DNA of 63,218 nucleotides, filler included, from Basidiobolus ranarum (Eukaryota): the NCBI GenBank assembly GCA_040143965.1. It is 25 parts of 25 records of this genome, joined end to end, with 100 filler letters (N's around TTAATTAATTAA, not from the genome) between each part and the next. Parts side by side here need not be neighbours in the genome. Positions count along the whole stretch, not along the records: positions 1 to 2,444 come from JASJQH010003332.1; positions 2,545 to 4,987 come from JASJQH010003333.1; positions 5,088 to 7,529 come from JASJQH010003334.1; positions 7,630 to 10,069 come from JASJQH010003335.1; positions 10,170 to 12,609 come from JASJQH010003336.1; positions 12,710 to 15,148 come from JASJQH010003337.1; 19 more parts are not named here. One strand, written 5' to 3'. Under the pieces are notes generated by a model. The model was given only the letters and a program-made list of their open reading frames with translations, had not been told where the DNA came from and did no database searches. Shown piece by piece: positions 1 to 12,814 of the stretch (its first letter is position 1; the number at the start of each line of letters is the position of its first letter). The translations under genes were made by a program, and so were the position numbers.

Positions 1-333
1 GAGCCTGTTGGAAGTGGTTTGGAGAATTAGAGGAATTGGTGGTTTTCACTTGTTGGTTTATTGAGTAGAAAGTTGACATTTATAGTTTTGTCAAGATGTA
101 AACAAACTAACATGTAGAATATGTCAAGGAAGGTCCCAGGAACATGTGTGCAAAGTTTGAGGCTTCTAGCACAAGTTTGAAAACTCTATATATCTGAGAA
201 CTTCTAAGTTGGTAAAAATATTCTAAGTAAATTCCAATTGAGAATAATTGATAATATCTTAGTGAATTATAAGGTAACTAAGTACTAAGCTATATATGGC
301 TATATAGATGTTTAGGCAATGCTAATTTCAACA
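1..333 (-). repeat. Copia family A LTR (LTR-A), nearly complete, inverted relative to 524-869
   Basis: Reverse complement of 524-869; ends ...GCTAATTTCAACA. Confidence 0.9.
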
Positions 334-523
334 GAAGTAAACATATAGATATTAAGCATCCCTTCATTAGAGACACTTTAGAGAATAAGTCTATTGACTT
401 AACTTGTTGTTCTACAGAAGACATGATTGCTGATGTATTAGCAAAAGCATTAGCTAGACAGATATTTGAGAAGTTCAGACCTTTATTGGGATTAGTTTAT
501 ATGACTATTTAGTAGAGGGAGAG
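334..523 (+). mobile_element. Copia-A pol C-terminus (RNase H) and polypurine tract
   Basis: Translates SKHIDIKHPFIRDTLENKSIDLTCCSTEDMIADVLAKAL; AGTAGAGGGAGAG lies directly before the LTR. Confidence 0.9.
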
Positions 524-869
524 TGTTGAAATTAGCTTTGCCTAAACACCGATATAGTCGTATATAGCTTAGTACTTAGCTATCTTATAATTCACTAAGA
601 TATTATCAATTCTTCTCAATTCAAATTTACCTATAGCATATTTACCAACTTAGAAGTTCTCAGATATACATATTTTTCAAACTTGTGCTAGAAGCCCCTA
701 ACTCTGCACACATGTTTCTGGGACCTTCCTTAACACATTCTACATGTTAGTGTGTTTACATCTTGACAAACCACCAATGTTAACTTTCTACTCAAAAATC
801 AATAAGGGAAAACCACAAATTTCTCTATTTCTCCAAGCCACTTCCAACAGCCTCCCAAATACTTTAACA
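524..869 (+). repeat. Copia-A 3' LTR (346 bp, TGTTGAA...TTTAACA)
   Basis: TG...CA ends with short terminal inverted repeat, follows a PPT, and has many other copies in the window. Confidence 0.92.
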
Positions 870-1419
870 AGAACTTTGGTTGTACTAAAATACTGAGGAT
901 TCCTATGATAACAACAGACTGCAATTGTGTGATTTGCACCATCGAAGTATTGTCACCAATGTTCAAATGCAGCAATAGTTGCTAACAGTTTCTTGTCATA
1001 CATGTCTTGTTGATTTCTGCTGCAGAGAACTTTCTTGAGTAAAAGGCAATAGGGTGCAGTAGGTTATCATCAACTTACTGCAATAATACTGCTCCTAGAG
1101 CAAAGTCAGATGCAACAGTTTCAACAATAAATGGCTTGTCTAGCTTGGGGTGTGCCAGGATTGGTGCTGAGGTAAAAGCATTCTTTGAAGTTACAAATAC
1201 TTGTTGGCAAGATGGGTTCCAGTCAGATGCAAGTTCTTTCTTGGTAAGGTTGGTTAATGGTGCAGATATCTTGGAGTAGTGCATGACAAACCATTGGTAA
1301 AAGTTTGCAAATCCAAGGAAACATTGGACATCCTTCATGTTCTTGGAAGTATCCCAAGACAGAACAGATTCAACCTTCTCAGGGTTTATTCAGATGCCTG
1401 ATGGACTGATGTTAAATCC
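870..1419 (-). mobile_element. Degenerate Ty3/Gypsy pol fragment (RT connection / RNase H)
   Basis: DVQCFLGFANFY, FTSAPILAHP, ETVASDFALGAVLLQ and LHPIAFYSRK motifs, with stops and frameshifts. Confidence 0.88.
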
Positions 1420-1590
1420 TAGCTCATTTTACTCCCACAGATGTTCTGAACACAACCCCAGTGTAGTTCTCTGTATTTCCACCAAAATTTATAAATGCTT
1501 CATTTCTAGAACATAAATAATTATCTCACAAAAGCTATTCACAACCACACTTTTCTAAAGTTCCTCCAAACAGCCCATATTTTCCCAATA
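1420..1590 (+). repeat. Copia family B LTR (LTR-B), 3' half
   Basis: Matches the full copies at 43280-43658 and 62408-62788; ends TTTTCCCAATA. Confidence 0.88.
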
Positions 1591-1602
1591 GGTTATGAGC
1601 CC
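1591..1602 (+). promoter_or_regulatory. Primer-binding site GGTTATGAGCCC (complementary to the tRNA-iMet anticodon arm)
   Basis: Abuts the LTR-B end; same type as the Ty5/copia half-tRNA PBS; recurs at 15464, 19290 (-) and 49987. Confidence 0.88.
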
Positions 1603-1621
1603 CATGTTCAACCTTTACAGC

Positions 1622-2444
1622 ATGAAAGAAACCACTACTACCACTTTTATTGACTCAAGTGTTGAAAAGCTTGATGGAGAAAATTACAACTTCTATAAGT
1701 TCAAGATGCAAGTCATGCTGGAATACAGGGTGCTTTGGGATGTAGTCTCTGGAGATTGAAAGGAACCTTCTGACTCTTCTTTATTGGAAGCTGACAAGAA
1801 AAGAGACAAGAAGGCATTTAATGTCATTTATCAAAGTTTGAAGGATTCACCACTTGTGAATATTCAATATGCTGAGACTTCCCAACAAGCTTGGACTATA
1901 TTGGAAGAGTGTTATGAAGAAAAGAGTCTTGCTAAAAGACTCTGTCCCAGCCAAAAATTCTTCAATATACAGATGGAACAGTCTGAAAGCATGGTTACTC
2001 ATATTGCAAATGAGAGATCTTTGGCAAAACAACTGGAGAATATCGGTGCAACTTTACAGGAAGAAGATATCATTATGACTCTTCTAAGTAGTCCACCAGA
2101 ACAGTATTCAAACTTGGTCACAGTTTTGGAAGCAAGAGCTGACAAGATATCTTTGGAGTTTTTATTGTCAAGACTAATGGATCAGCATCTTGGATGTAAA
2201 AATTTGGAAAAGAATCTGAGGAAGTGGCTCTTTTGGAGCTGGAAAATGTAGCTTTGGCAAGTATGAAGGTAACAGAAGAAAGAAACCAGGCTTATGCTAT
2301 GGTTTTAACAAACCAGGACACTAGTTTAAAGATTGCAAATCAAGAAGTTAAAACTAAAAAGAGAAGTCAGAATATGCAAATCAGGTTTCAACCAAAGAGG
2401 AAGTTTTATTCATTTCTGCCCAATCAGTGACCTCTGAACAAGAC
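1622..2444 (+). mobile_element. Copia-B gag (UBN2-like), pseudogenised
   Basis: EKLDGENYNFYKFKMQVML, AWTILEECYE, IIMTLLSSPPEQYSNLVTVLE; in-frame stop near 1758 and frameshifts. Confidence 0.88.
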
Positions 2445-2544
2445 NNNNNNNNNNNNNNNNNNNNNNNNNNNNNNNNNNNNNNNNNNNNTTAATTAATTAA
2501 NNNNNNNNNNNNNNNNNNNNNNNNNNNNNNNNNNNNNNNNNNNN
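2445..2544. other. Artificial contig spacer (44 N + TTAATTAATTAA six-frame stop linker + 44 N); first of 24 such spacers
   Basis: The same 100-nt block recurs about every 2.53 kb (4988, 7530, 10070, 12610, 15149, 17687, 20225, 22761, 25296, 27831, 30366, 32898, 35430, 37960, 40490, 43018, 45546, 48073, 50600, 53126, 55651, 58175, 60698). Contig lengths never increase, falling from 2444 to 2421 nt. Confidence 0.99.
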
Positions 2545-3956
2545 ATATAATACAACAGTCAGACAAAGTAAAATGGCATTCAGTAAATGCTTTAATTAGA
2601 AAATCATAGCATTTCTCTCACTTATCATACAAATTTTATATAAAAACATATGCAACATATTACATCAAGCAGACAAAGCAACGGGGCATTCAATAAATAC
2701 TTCAATAAATAATAAAACACAAGCATTTCTCTTACCTATGATCCCTAGTGTATATAACAATGCAGCCTAATGTACAGCCAGATTACTCACATAGGTATAG
2801 CTGAATTCTCCATGTATATGATAATTTTAAGCAACTAACCATCCATTTATATTAAGGTATGCATTTCTACAGACACAAAAATAGTCTCTGCTTGAAGTAC
2901 TATACTTGGAAAAGCATAAGATTAGTTATTTGTCAGTCTTACCATGAGTTCTACATCATCTCACAATGTTATTAAAAAATCAAAGAACTTAGTAAGTGAG
3001 TGAATGATATATCTCAATTCCAATAAATTAATAGATGACAAAGCATTGATCAATAGCTCGGTGTTATCAGTGTGAAATACTCCATTTTGTTCTACATTAG
3101 CATTGCTATCAAAGTAACAAACAGGGTTTCTTCAATCTTTCATGTACAATTGATAACTACAATTTTACTGAATGCACACAATTATTGCACAATATTGATC
3201 ACTTGTCACTGATGAAATACTACGATTCAATGCTAATATAATGGTAACATCCTGATTACCTGTATCCATGTAACCAGTCATTAATATCTGGATGGAATCT
3301 TGGCTATAACTGATAATATCAATTGATTTGTAACACATTGCTGGAAATCCAAGGAATTCTTGTTCAGAATCTTCTTCTCCAACAAGGGAGCTTTTTGCTG
3401 AAATTGGGCTTGAAATCAAATCCTATTCTTCATCTAACCTGCAAAATCAAGTGTGTATTTGTGTCATTACAAATCATAAGCAGTATTGCTTGGTGACTTC
3501 TTGGTATATTTTTGGGCATTGTGTTTCCTGTATGTGTTCAATAAACAGGTCATCATGTAAAGCTTGGAGAGGTTTATGTTTTGATTGTAATAGAGAAGGT
3601 TACATTAATTTTGGCTCTATACACCTTATTATTTGCTAGTAGTGTTTGGGGCTTTATATATTCCATTTCAAGAATTTACAATACTCATTGTCATTTGTCA
3701 GTAATATTGAACACTTTGTAGAATTTGTTTTGAGTGTTTCCCAAACTAATTACTTCTTAGCACCATTCCTGTTAACACTGGTTTTTGAGCTCATTACTTT
3801 GTAAATAGTAAGTAATGCTACAGCTTATAAGATCCCCCATTTAAGCTTTGGCTCTGAAGCCTTAGTCTTAGTAACCATGTAGCTTATACATATCATCACT
3901 TAGTTCAACACCCTTTATTATTTATAGTAGGCTTACCTGTTGTTAAGTGTGGTTAT

Positions 3957-4314
3957 TGTAAAAGTACTTGAGAGCCTGTCAGATGTTAAAGTACTTGGGT
4001 TAGGAGAATTAGAGAACCTGATAGTTTTCACATATTGATCTATTGAGTGGAAAGCTGACATTTATAGTTTTGTCAAGATGTAAGTAAACTAATGTGTAGA
4101 ATGTGTTCAGGAATGTCTCAGGAATGTGTGTGCAAAGTTTGGGGCTTCTAGCAGAAGTTTGAAAAATCTCTATATCTGAGAACTTCCATGTTGGTGTCAA
4201 CATTCTAAGTAAGTTCCAATTGAGAATAATGCATAATATCTGAGTAAAATATAAGATAACCAAGTAATAAACTATATATGACTATAAAGTTGTTTAAGCA
4301 AAGCTAATATTAAT
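3957..4314 (-). repeat. Diverged LTR-A copy
   Basis: Colinear similarity with 1-333. Confidence 0.8.
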
Positions 4315-5089
4315 AGTTATGGTATGCAAGTTCAAAAGGAAATCCAGAGAATGCACTATGCTAGATATGTGGGCTTCATACAAACAACTTAGTCAAACAG
4401 ATATCATGGTTGATGAAGAAGAATTTATGAACATTTATATTTTATGAATCTCTACAATGAAATAAAACTTGGAAAGTTGATGCAAAAGATCAAGGTGACC
4501 AATTACACAAGTTAATATTAAAGCAATGTATTCTAGTTTTAGATGTGATCCCAATTCTGAGACATCAGTCCCTGCAGAGAAACTGTTGCTCACTATTGAC
4601 ATCAACAAACTCATTTAACCGGACTAGGGAAAACAACTCAGCATTGTGAGGAAAAAATCAATCAATATTTATACAGGCAAACATGCATACATCCTTCTAG
4701 CCAAAAGAATCATTATTCAAGATTTCTTCAAGGGCACCATTGATTGCATTTAGCAATATATTATGACATGCAACTTTAATAACAGTAAGGAATTATGTGG
4801 TACCAATCCTTTTGCCAACACCATGCAGCTCCCTTCTGAGAGACCTGTCTTCAGGAATATATTAATAGACCCACTGGATGAATATCAACCAGAACTAGAT
4901 AAAAAACTTTCAGAAATTTACCCTTCTCCATCAGAATCGTCTTTTTCATCCACTTACATCTTTGTCTCCTCTTTGATTTATGACATTNNNNNNNNNNNNN
5001 NNNNNNNNNNNNNNNNNNNNNNNNNNNNNNNTTAATTAATTAANNNNNNNNNNNNNNNNNNNNNNNNNNNNNNNNNNNNNNNNNNNNCT

Positions 5090-7529
5090 TTATATGATCT
5101 GCAATCTTGGCTTGGCTCTCCTTGCATGTATGTCTATGATTGTTCATCTGCTGGAAATATTTTGTTATCTTTCAATCGTTTTGCCAAACAACGCGATTCT
5201 GAAGCCGCTAAGCTTGGCCATGTGCCTTACACTCCTATGTCTGATTGCATACAATTAGCTGCTTGTGGCCCAAATGATATACTTCCCATGAACCCTGACT
5301 TGCCAGCTGATCTGTTTACCTGCTGTTTAACAACTCCTATTCAAATTGCTTTACAATGGTTTGTTTTACAAAATCCGTTGTTGAATAGCGTAGACGCAGA
5401 AATGATTTTGAAAACCCCCGGGAAACTAAGTGATCGTAGAACACCTTTGGGTGAGCTTAATTGGATTTTTACTGCGATTACGGATACTATTGCTTGGAGC
5501 GTACTTCCACACGATCTTTTTAAGAAATACTTTAGACAGGATATGATGGTAGCAGCAATGTTGAGAAACTTTTTACTAGCAGATCGAATTATGCGTTCTT
5601 ACAACTGTACTCCAATGTCAATGCCTCCACTGCCATCCACATGCCATCATCCACTTTGGAAATCTTGGGATTTCGCTGTTGATATGTGCCTATCTCAATT
5701 GCCAGCCTTATTGGCCATGGAGGAAGGTGGGCCTCCTGTTGAGTACAGTCCCAGCACATTATTCAACGAGCAGCTTACCGCATTCGAGATCTGGCTAACG
5801 CATGGATCTATCGCTAGAAATCCCCCAGAGCAATTACCTATTCTTCTTCAAGTTTTACTAAGTCAAGGCCATCGTCTTCGAGCATTAATTCTTTTATGTA
5901 AGTTTTTGGATCTTGGCCCCTGGGCAGTTGATCTAGCGCTTGCTGTTGGCATCTTCCCATACGTCCTGAAGCTTCTTCAAAGTCCCGCGGCTGATTTGAA
6001 GCCACTCCTTGTATTCATTTGGGCAAGAATTCTGGCAGTCGATTCATCATGCCAAAGCGACCTTCTTAAAGATGATGGATATAATTACTTTGTGCATGTT
6101 TTAGCTATTGAAAATGACCCATCACCCATTCCAAATATTTCAGAGCACCGTGCTATGTGTACATTTATTCTGAGTGTTCTTTGCAACGATTTTCTTCCTG
6201 GGAAGGAGGCATGCCTTCGAAGCAACGTTCTCACCCTTTGCTTGGTCCATCTGTCCGATGAAGATCCATTGTTGAGACAGTGGTCATGTTTATGTATTGG
6301 TCAGCAATGGGCGGGTTTTGCTGATGCCAAATGGCTCGGTGTACGTGAAAATGCTCATGAAAAACTCTGCGCTCTGCTATCAGACCCAGTTCCTGAAGTT
6401 AGGTCAGCCGCTATATACGCTCTCGGTCTCTTTATTGGGGACTTGGATAAGACCGAACAGGTTGTGAATATTGAGCATAATATCGCCATAGCAATGTTGG
6501 TTGCAACCAACGATGGTTCACCAATGGTTCGTCGTGAATTGGTTGTAGCACTTTCCAGTGTTGTTCACGGATATATAAGCATAATCCTTCAGATTGCCTA
6601 TGAACTGGTTGAAGAAGACAGGAAGCAGTCATCTCAAACTATTGATGAGCGAGTATTGCAACGCGGTCGTTCGGATCGAAGAAGCATCTCTGAACAAATG
6701 TTCCGTTCCGTTAGCCATAACTCTGCTTATACTTGTGTTTGGAAAGCTCTACTCAACCTATCTGTCGATCCTCATAATGACGTCTCTTCATATGCGGTCA
6801 AGGTTGTGGATTATGTACATTACCAACTCATCAACTCCTCAATGTCCGAAGCCGCAGCCTCTTCTCTCTTGCATCTACCTCCGCCCACTGGCCCAGGGAT
6901 TTCTGGCCTTGGGAATGGTCATACTTCTTCTATAACTGGGCTAGAAAACTCTTCTAACGGATTGCAATCTAACGGAAACCAACGGTTAACATCGAAAATT
7001 ACCTCCACCTTAAAACGCTCTGCCTCATTTTCGTTAAAAGCATTGGGGTACATGGCCGGTACGACTAATGAGACATCCTCAAACTCGAATCCAATCGATG
7101 CCAACTGCAATAGTCAAGTGAGACGTTCATTTACTAATAGGAATGAATCCTTCACACAATTAAATGAAATTGGTCAAGAGGGTGAAGATGGAGTTATTTC
7201 TAAAGCCAGCGATCCTTACGAAAGAATTACCCTTCCTCTTCATTCCGATTTTTACAATTGGTGTCGAGAATACTTTGCTGAACCTCAGATGCGTCCAGCT
7301 GAAGCAGATGAACCGGGAAGTACGAACTATAATGAACGTTTATGGCGCAGAACGCGAAATGAAAAAGTAATCTTTGAAAGCCATCCACTAAGTGAGCATG
7401 CAGGAACCAGTAAATGGGAAACTCCCTTGGGAACGATGTATACCGACTCTCAACCAACCTCTCTACTATTTCATCAATTCGAGAATCATCTTGTTGTTTC
7501 GGATAGTATAGGTGCGAGTGGTGTATGGG
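5090..7529 (+). CDS. KOG1: Raptor / TORC1 subunit Kog1 (Mip1), internal fragment, no introns in this span
   Basis: RNC-domain motifs YVYDCS, LPADLFTCCLTTPI, DRRTPLGELNWIFTAITDTIAW, PPEQLPILLQVLLSQGHRLRAL, then HEAT repeats and the start of WD40. The frame is open from the contig edge. Confidence 0.97.
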
Positions 7530-7629
7530 NNNNNNNNNNNNNNNNNNNNNNNNNNNNNNNNNNNNNNNNNNNNTTAATTAATTAANNNNNNNNNNNNNNN
7601 NNNNNNNNNNNNNNNNNNNNNNNNNNNNN

Positions 7630-8939
7630 AAAAATTGCCATCTATTACTGGAAATATTTTTGTAAATCCCCTGATGAGGCATCCATGATGCGGTCTTAGA
7701 ATCAGCTGATGATATTGATGGGCAATACCTAAAATGCCACTCTTATATTGGAGGTGTTCTTTTCTTCTCAATATCCATCTCATACCACAACACAAACATA
7801 TAAAGAAACCCTGCTATTATTTGCTGCCAATTCTTCTGCTGAGGATGCCATAGTCTAGACGAAAAATAATTGCAAGTACAGTCACTGTACAAAGCCACCA
7901 GCTGCACAAAGCCTGGTGAATATCAGCAGTAAAAAGTGCACAAAATCAACTTCAGTTTTGCCCATGGTGTCCACTGATTATACTTTGTCTCACAGTTTTG
8001 ATAACACTGCTACTTGTCAAGATATCATGGAGTTACCACAGTTATATGACCAGATTTATGTAGATAGAAATGTAAATTTGGTCAAACCATTAAGTCCGGA
8101 CAACTTTGAAGACATGCTGCTAAATGTTGACCTTGGTTATTCCAGTATTGATGGTGGTATATCCAAAGCTGAAGAAGAAGGTGATGGTTTTGTTAGGGAC
8201 TCTTTGTTATTGGCAAGCATTAGTCCACTCATAACACTCACTGTAAAGGAAGCAGCTTTGATTATTAAGGAGTGGAGAGTTCAATCCAATCTTAGCAACC
8301 AGGTGTTTATTGGTTTTCTGGCACTTTTATCTTGTTTGATTGGCAACTGTTGCTTGCCACAGACCTGGTACAAGTGGAAAACACTTGTCAAACATATGAC
8401 TTATAATCCTTTAGTAATTGAACTACATTCATGTCTAAATGGTTGTTTGGCTTTCACCAGTATTCTCAAAACCTGAAGTAACAACCTGAAGTCAGGTACT
8501 ATTTGCACACAATTGGCAATCACTGAATCAGGTATATATTGTTCATATTGGGCTTACACATAGTTGATTCCCCATCTTAAAGTTTTGATGAAATAACCCA
8601 AATATAGATCATTGATCCAATACCAAAGTACTCACCATAAAGCTAATGGTATTATTGATGTACTTAATGGATATCACTACCAGAATCTGAAAAGTCAAGG
8701 GTTTTTTGAGAACACATATGATAATGCATTTGCATTGGCTCTGGATGGTTTCTCACTAAACAAATATACTGTTGGAAAGGCTTGCTGGTCAAAAATTTAA
8801 TTAACATAAATCTTCCTGCCTCTGAACAATACAAGAGTCATACTATTTGATATTATCCATCACTTCTGGAACTAAATCACCAGTGCTTATAGATAGCTTC
8901 TTGGAGCCTTTGATTGCAGAATTTGAGTGGTTATCTAAT
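7630..8939 (+). mobile_element. CMC/EnSpm transposon: intergenic spacer and 5' half of Tnp2-family transposase (ORF1), degenerate
   Basis: IELHSCLNGCLAF, DVLNGYHYQNLKSQGFFEN, ALALDGF, NLPASEQYK and IDSFLEPLIAE motifs; interrupted at 8940 by a second copy. Confidence 0.85.
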
Positions 8940-10069
8940 CCTTAACAGAAATGTGAGGATTGTTATTGCAGAGAAAGCCATCACAATTTTTATCTATTTA
9001 GGATTGTCTGTTTACTTGCCATTATAAAGTTGTCAAGTCAGATTTAATTTTAACAAATTTTTTCAGTTTCAGGAGTGATATTTCAAGATCAAGCAAAGTA
9101 GTTGCACATAATTGGCTACAATCTTGGCAAACTATGAATCAAGGCATGTGCAAACAATTTAACTCAAATTTTACCCATATACCACTTGATTGCTGAATTT
9201 TCACCTTGAAAATTCCTAGTCTCTTTAATGTATTCTCCTGAATAATTATATAGAATTCTTCATACCCAAGGTTGAGCTCATAGCCAACACAATTTTGTAT
9301 CAATATCTCAATCTAAGCCCACCATTGTATCAACATAGCTCAATCAAAATTCTTCCAGCTATTGAGCAGATATCCTGACATATTGTGTCACTCTGTATTA
9401 AGTTCTTCCCAGATATCTGCACAGTCAAAACCAGACTGAATTTCAAGTTGAATGTTCTTCTTCTGAAGCCACTTTCTGCATACTTGTACTGTGCTTTTCC
9501 TTTCATACTTTTGAGAATATTCTTCAAGCACTTTGACTATTTTTGTACATCCTTGTAGTGTGACACCACTGAGGGTGCTTTACAGTGTTTGTGCAGCTTT
9601 TTGCTTGCCTTTAACTTTGGGGCTAATTTCCACATTTTGAAAAGTACTGGTTGATGTTAAAAAGCCATGAGTTTTATATGCTGCTGTTTTGGCTTGTTTA
9701 GAGGTGCCAGGTGTTGGATAAACTTCCAAATTTAGCACTCTTCCAACTGGTGTACCTGGTTCCATGGTGAAATAAAGCTTTATTGCAAGTATATCTGACT
9801 CTGGAAATGCAGATCTTGTAATGGTGTGAAAGATTTGGTAAGTAGGACAGTAGAGCCTAAACTGACCAGCTCCTTTGCTCTTCCATTGGGTTTACTAACT
9901 TCCTGCTCCTTCAGTACTTCTTTCTTTGCTTTACTTTGTGTTCCAAGTCAATAATTGTGTACATTTTTGAGATGTCTCATTAATAGGCCTATACTAGCCC
10001 AATTGCCATTTGCTTGCAAAAACCCAGGATAAGCCACATGAAATAAGTCAAGAACCTTCAGAGTAACGC
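8940..10069 (-). mobile_element. CMC transposon left end (TIR CCTTAACAGAAAT) with 3' part of accessory ORF2
   Basis: Homologous to 43659-44365 (opposite strand). 9910-10069 matches 12830-12985, which links it to ORF2. Confidence 0.8.
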
Positions 10070-10169
10070 NNNNNNNNNNNNNNNNNNNNNNNNNNNNNNN
10101 NNNNNNNNNNNNNTTAATTAATTAANNNNNNNNNNNNNNNNNNNNNNNNNNNNNNNNNNNNNNNNNNNN

Positions 10170-11951
10170 ATGGGGTTCAGATGTGTGAATATTTTTTTAA
10201 AGCTAATATCATTGTATGTATTGGTGATACTTCTGCCATCAGTAAACTTAGAGGTTTTTGCAGGCACAATGCACTATCTTGCTGTAGATTTTGTCAAATC
10301 AATGGAGTCTATCCTCTCAGGCATATGCATTACTACTATCCAAATACAAAACTAAACTCCATGATTTTACCATCAAGTGCCCGGTCAGATTTCAATGTGA
10401 TCACTGGTATCAATTAACCAAATAATCAGTCTAAAATCAAACTTGGTATTTGCTATAAACCTAAGATTATATTGCCAAAGAGGATCAGCTGGAGCCAGAA
10501 CTTCCCATTAACCGCTATCCACTTGCTATTCAACAACAATGCAATACTGCTTACTCAGCTATATGATGGAAAATTCAATATCAATGATCCATTTAAGATA
10601 GGATCAAATTTGAATCAATTGGGAAGATGCTTGAAAACAGCAAGATACCATCATATTTTACCAGGACTTCCATCAAATTCCACTCATCCAGGCATTTATT
10701 CAAATGCAATGACTGGAAGTAATAGATTTGTATATATTCAAGTGATCTCTTGAAAAGACTTCTTCCCAATGAGTATTGGCAACGTTGGGAGTTGTTTGTA
10801 GATATTGTAAATACATTCTTACAGCATCAACTCACATTGGCAGATCTCAGGCAGATACAGTAACTGTGTGAAGATTATGGATATGAAAAACTTTATTACG
10901 GGCTTAAAAAAAAAAGACTAAATCTATGCAGGTATTCAATATATTCCCTGCTGCCTCTTTCACAATGCTTGGAGATTATAGGCCTTTGATATACATTTTG
11001 GGAGTTCCTAATGGAGTGCACCTGTGGTGAAATGATGCTCCATGTGAACTTGTCAGTATTACCATATGCTAATCTGATTAACAATGTATCAGAAAAATCA
11101 GTGATGGACATAATGCAATGGGTTAAGGTGACTCCAGGATATAGCACAATGACAGCCACAAAACCCAATCCATGGACACTGAGTAATTACCTCTATAATT
11201 TGGACTAATTTGTTTATGGGACTATCTGATGGTATTTCTAGGAAAGCTGCAAGACAGACTTCTTGGTGACATAGATTGAGATATGTAGTATTATTGTTTT
11301 AGCCATGGGGTAATCTATTCAAGTAATGACACATCAACTTGTGGCAGGTCATTTGTTGACTGCAACTTGGGGTTATATTATCTGAATTCTTTCATGAAAA
11401 GTTGACAAAATCCAACAGCTTATTCTCATTGTGAATGGTAACAAGAGTCAGTAACAAGAGTCACCTATTTGCCAAGTGTCAGTGCTATTTGAAATTCCAG
11501 ATGTTTAGCAACTTTCTGCTGTAGGTTTACTGGTAAAGAATACTGATGTTGTTGAGTTATATCTGATCAGTCAAGTAGATGCCTATGTAGAGACAAACAG
11601 AACAAGATTCTTGTTTTTTTGATTCTCATTTTGGCTAGAATACAAAGCCAAAAATTTCTAAATAAAGGCATGCATATTAATTTGACTTCCTAGAGCAGTT
11701 AATCTAGTAATTTGCCATTTGAAAATTATATTTTTTCAAAAATTGCTTCAAATTATATAATGCATGCCAAATATGAGGATATGTACTTTAACATGTGTTA
11801 ATACCATCAAGATACCATCTACAAACTGCTGTCACACCATCAAAATCCATGGCAGAATGCAAGTCACCAATATTGTGATGGTTCTCTGACAGTATTGCAA
11901 TTCCTAAGGGTGGATCCAATTTGGATCAAATCAAATTTATTTTTGTTAGGG
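10170..11951 (+). mobile_element. CMC transposon: 3' half of transposase and right end (...ATTTTTGTTAGGG)
   Basis: GDTSAISKLRGFCRHNALSCCRFC, FPLTAIHLLFNN and YTFWEFLMECTCGEM motifs; the terminus is shared with 15888, 17082, 20047 and 37849. Confidence 0.87.
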
Positions 11952-12609
11952 GAAGAAAAAGACAATGTTTCTGTTGTGGACTCTTTGTTATAAGCAAGCA
12001 TTAGTATGCCTGTAAGACCTATAGTGAAGGAAGCAGCTTTTATTATTGTGGAGTGGAGAGTTCAATAAAAGATTAGTAACAAGGTGTTAATTGCTTTTCT
12101 TCACTTGTACCACAGTTGATTGGCAACTGTTGCTTGCCACAAGCCTGGTACAAGTGGAAAAGACTTGTCAGTTGTATGACTATAATCCTTAAGTAATTAA
12201 ACTACCATCATGTCCAAATGGTGGTTTGGCTTTCACTGGTGATCTCAAAAGCCTGAAGTCATGTACTGTTTGCACACAATTGGCAATCACTGAATTGGAT
12301 AAATATCATTCAGATTTAAAATGAGTTGATGCCATAAGAATATATTAACAATATCCACACACAACTCCCAATGTTGCCAATACTTATCAGGCAGATATCT
12401 TTTCAAAATCCACCTGAATACATACAAATCCAATACTTCCAGTCTTTGCATTTGAATCAATGCCTAGATGGGTGGATTTTGATGGGAGTCCTGGTAAAAT
12501 ATGATCATATCTTGACGTTTTCAAGCATTTTCCCAATTGATTCAAACTTTGATTGTATCTCAAATGGCTGATTCATATTGAATTTTCCACTATATAGCTG
12601 AGTAAGTGG
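11952..12609. mobile_element. Further CMC transposase fragments (11952-~12320 plus, ~12320-12609 minus)
   Basis: Match 8180-8550 and the reverse complement of 10545-10840. Confidence 0.78.
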
Positions 12610-12709
12610 NNNNNNNNNNNNNNNNNNNNNNNNNNNNNNNNNNNNNNNNNNNNTTAATTAATTAANNNNNNNNNNNNNNNNNNNNNNNNNNNNNNNNNNN
12701 NNNNNNNNN

Positions 12710-12803
12710 ACTGAGTAATGTTCACTAACTTATATGTGCTATATAAAATGGTTAGGTGTATAAAGATAGAGATAACAAATATGATAAAGACAATAAACTT
12801 CAA
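12710..12803 (-). repeat. LTR-B fragment
   Basis: Matches 34995-35085. Confidence 0.75.
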
Positions 12804-12814
12804 AATTTCCTAAC

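Noticed and set aside
3451-4987. Possible gag zinc knuckle (GLCFDCNREGY), PBS-like GGTTTTTGAGCTC near 3780 and a gag-like relic after 4320
   Set aside because: Too decayed to assign; no second copy in the window.
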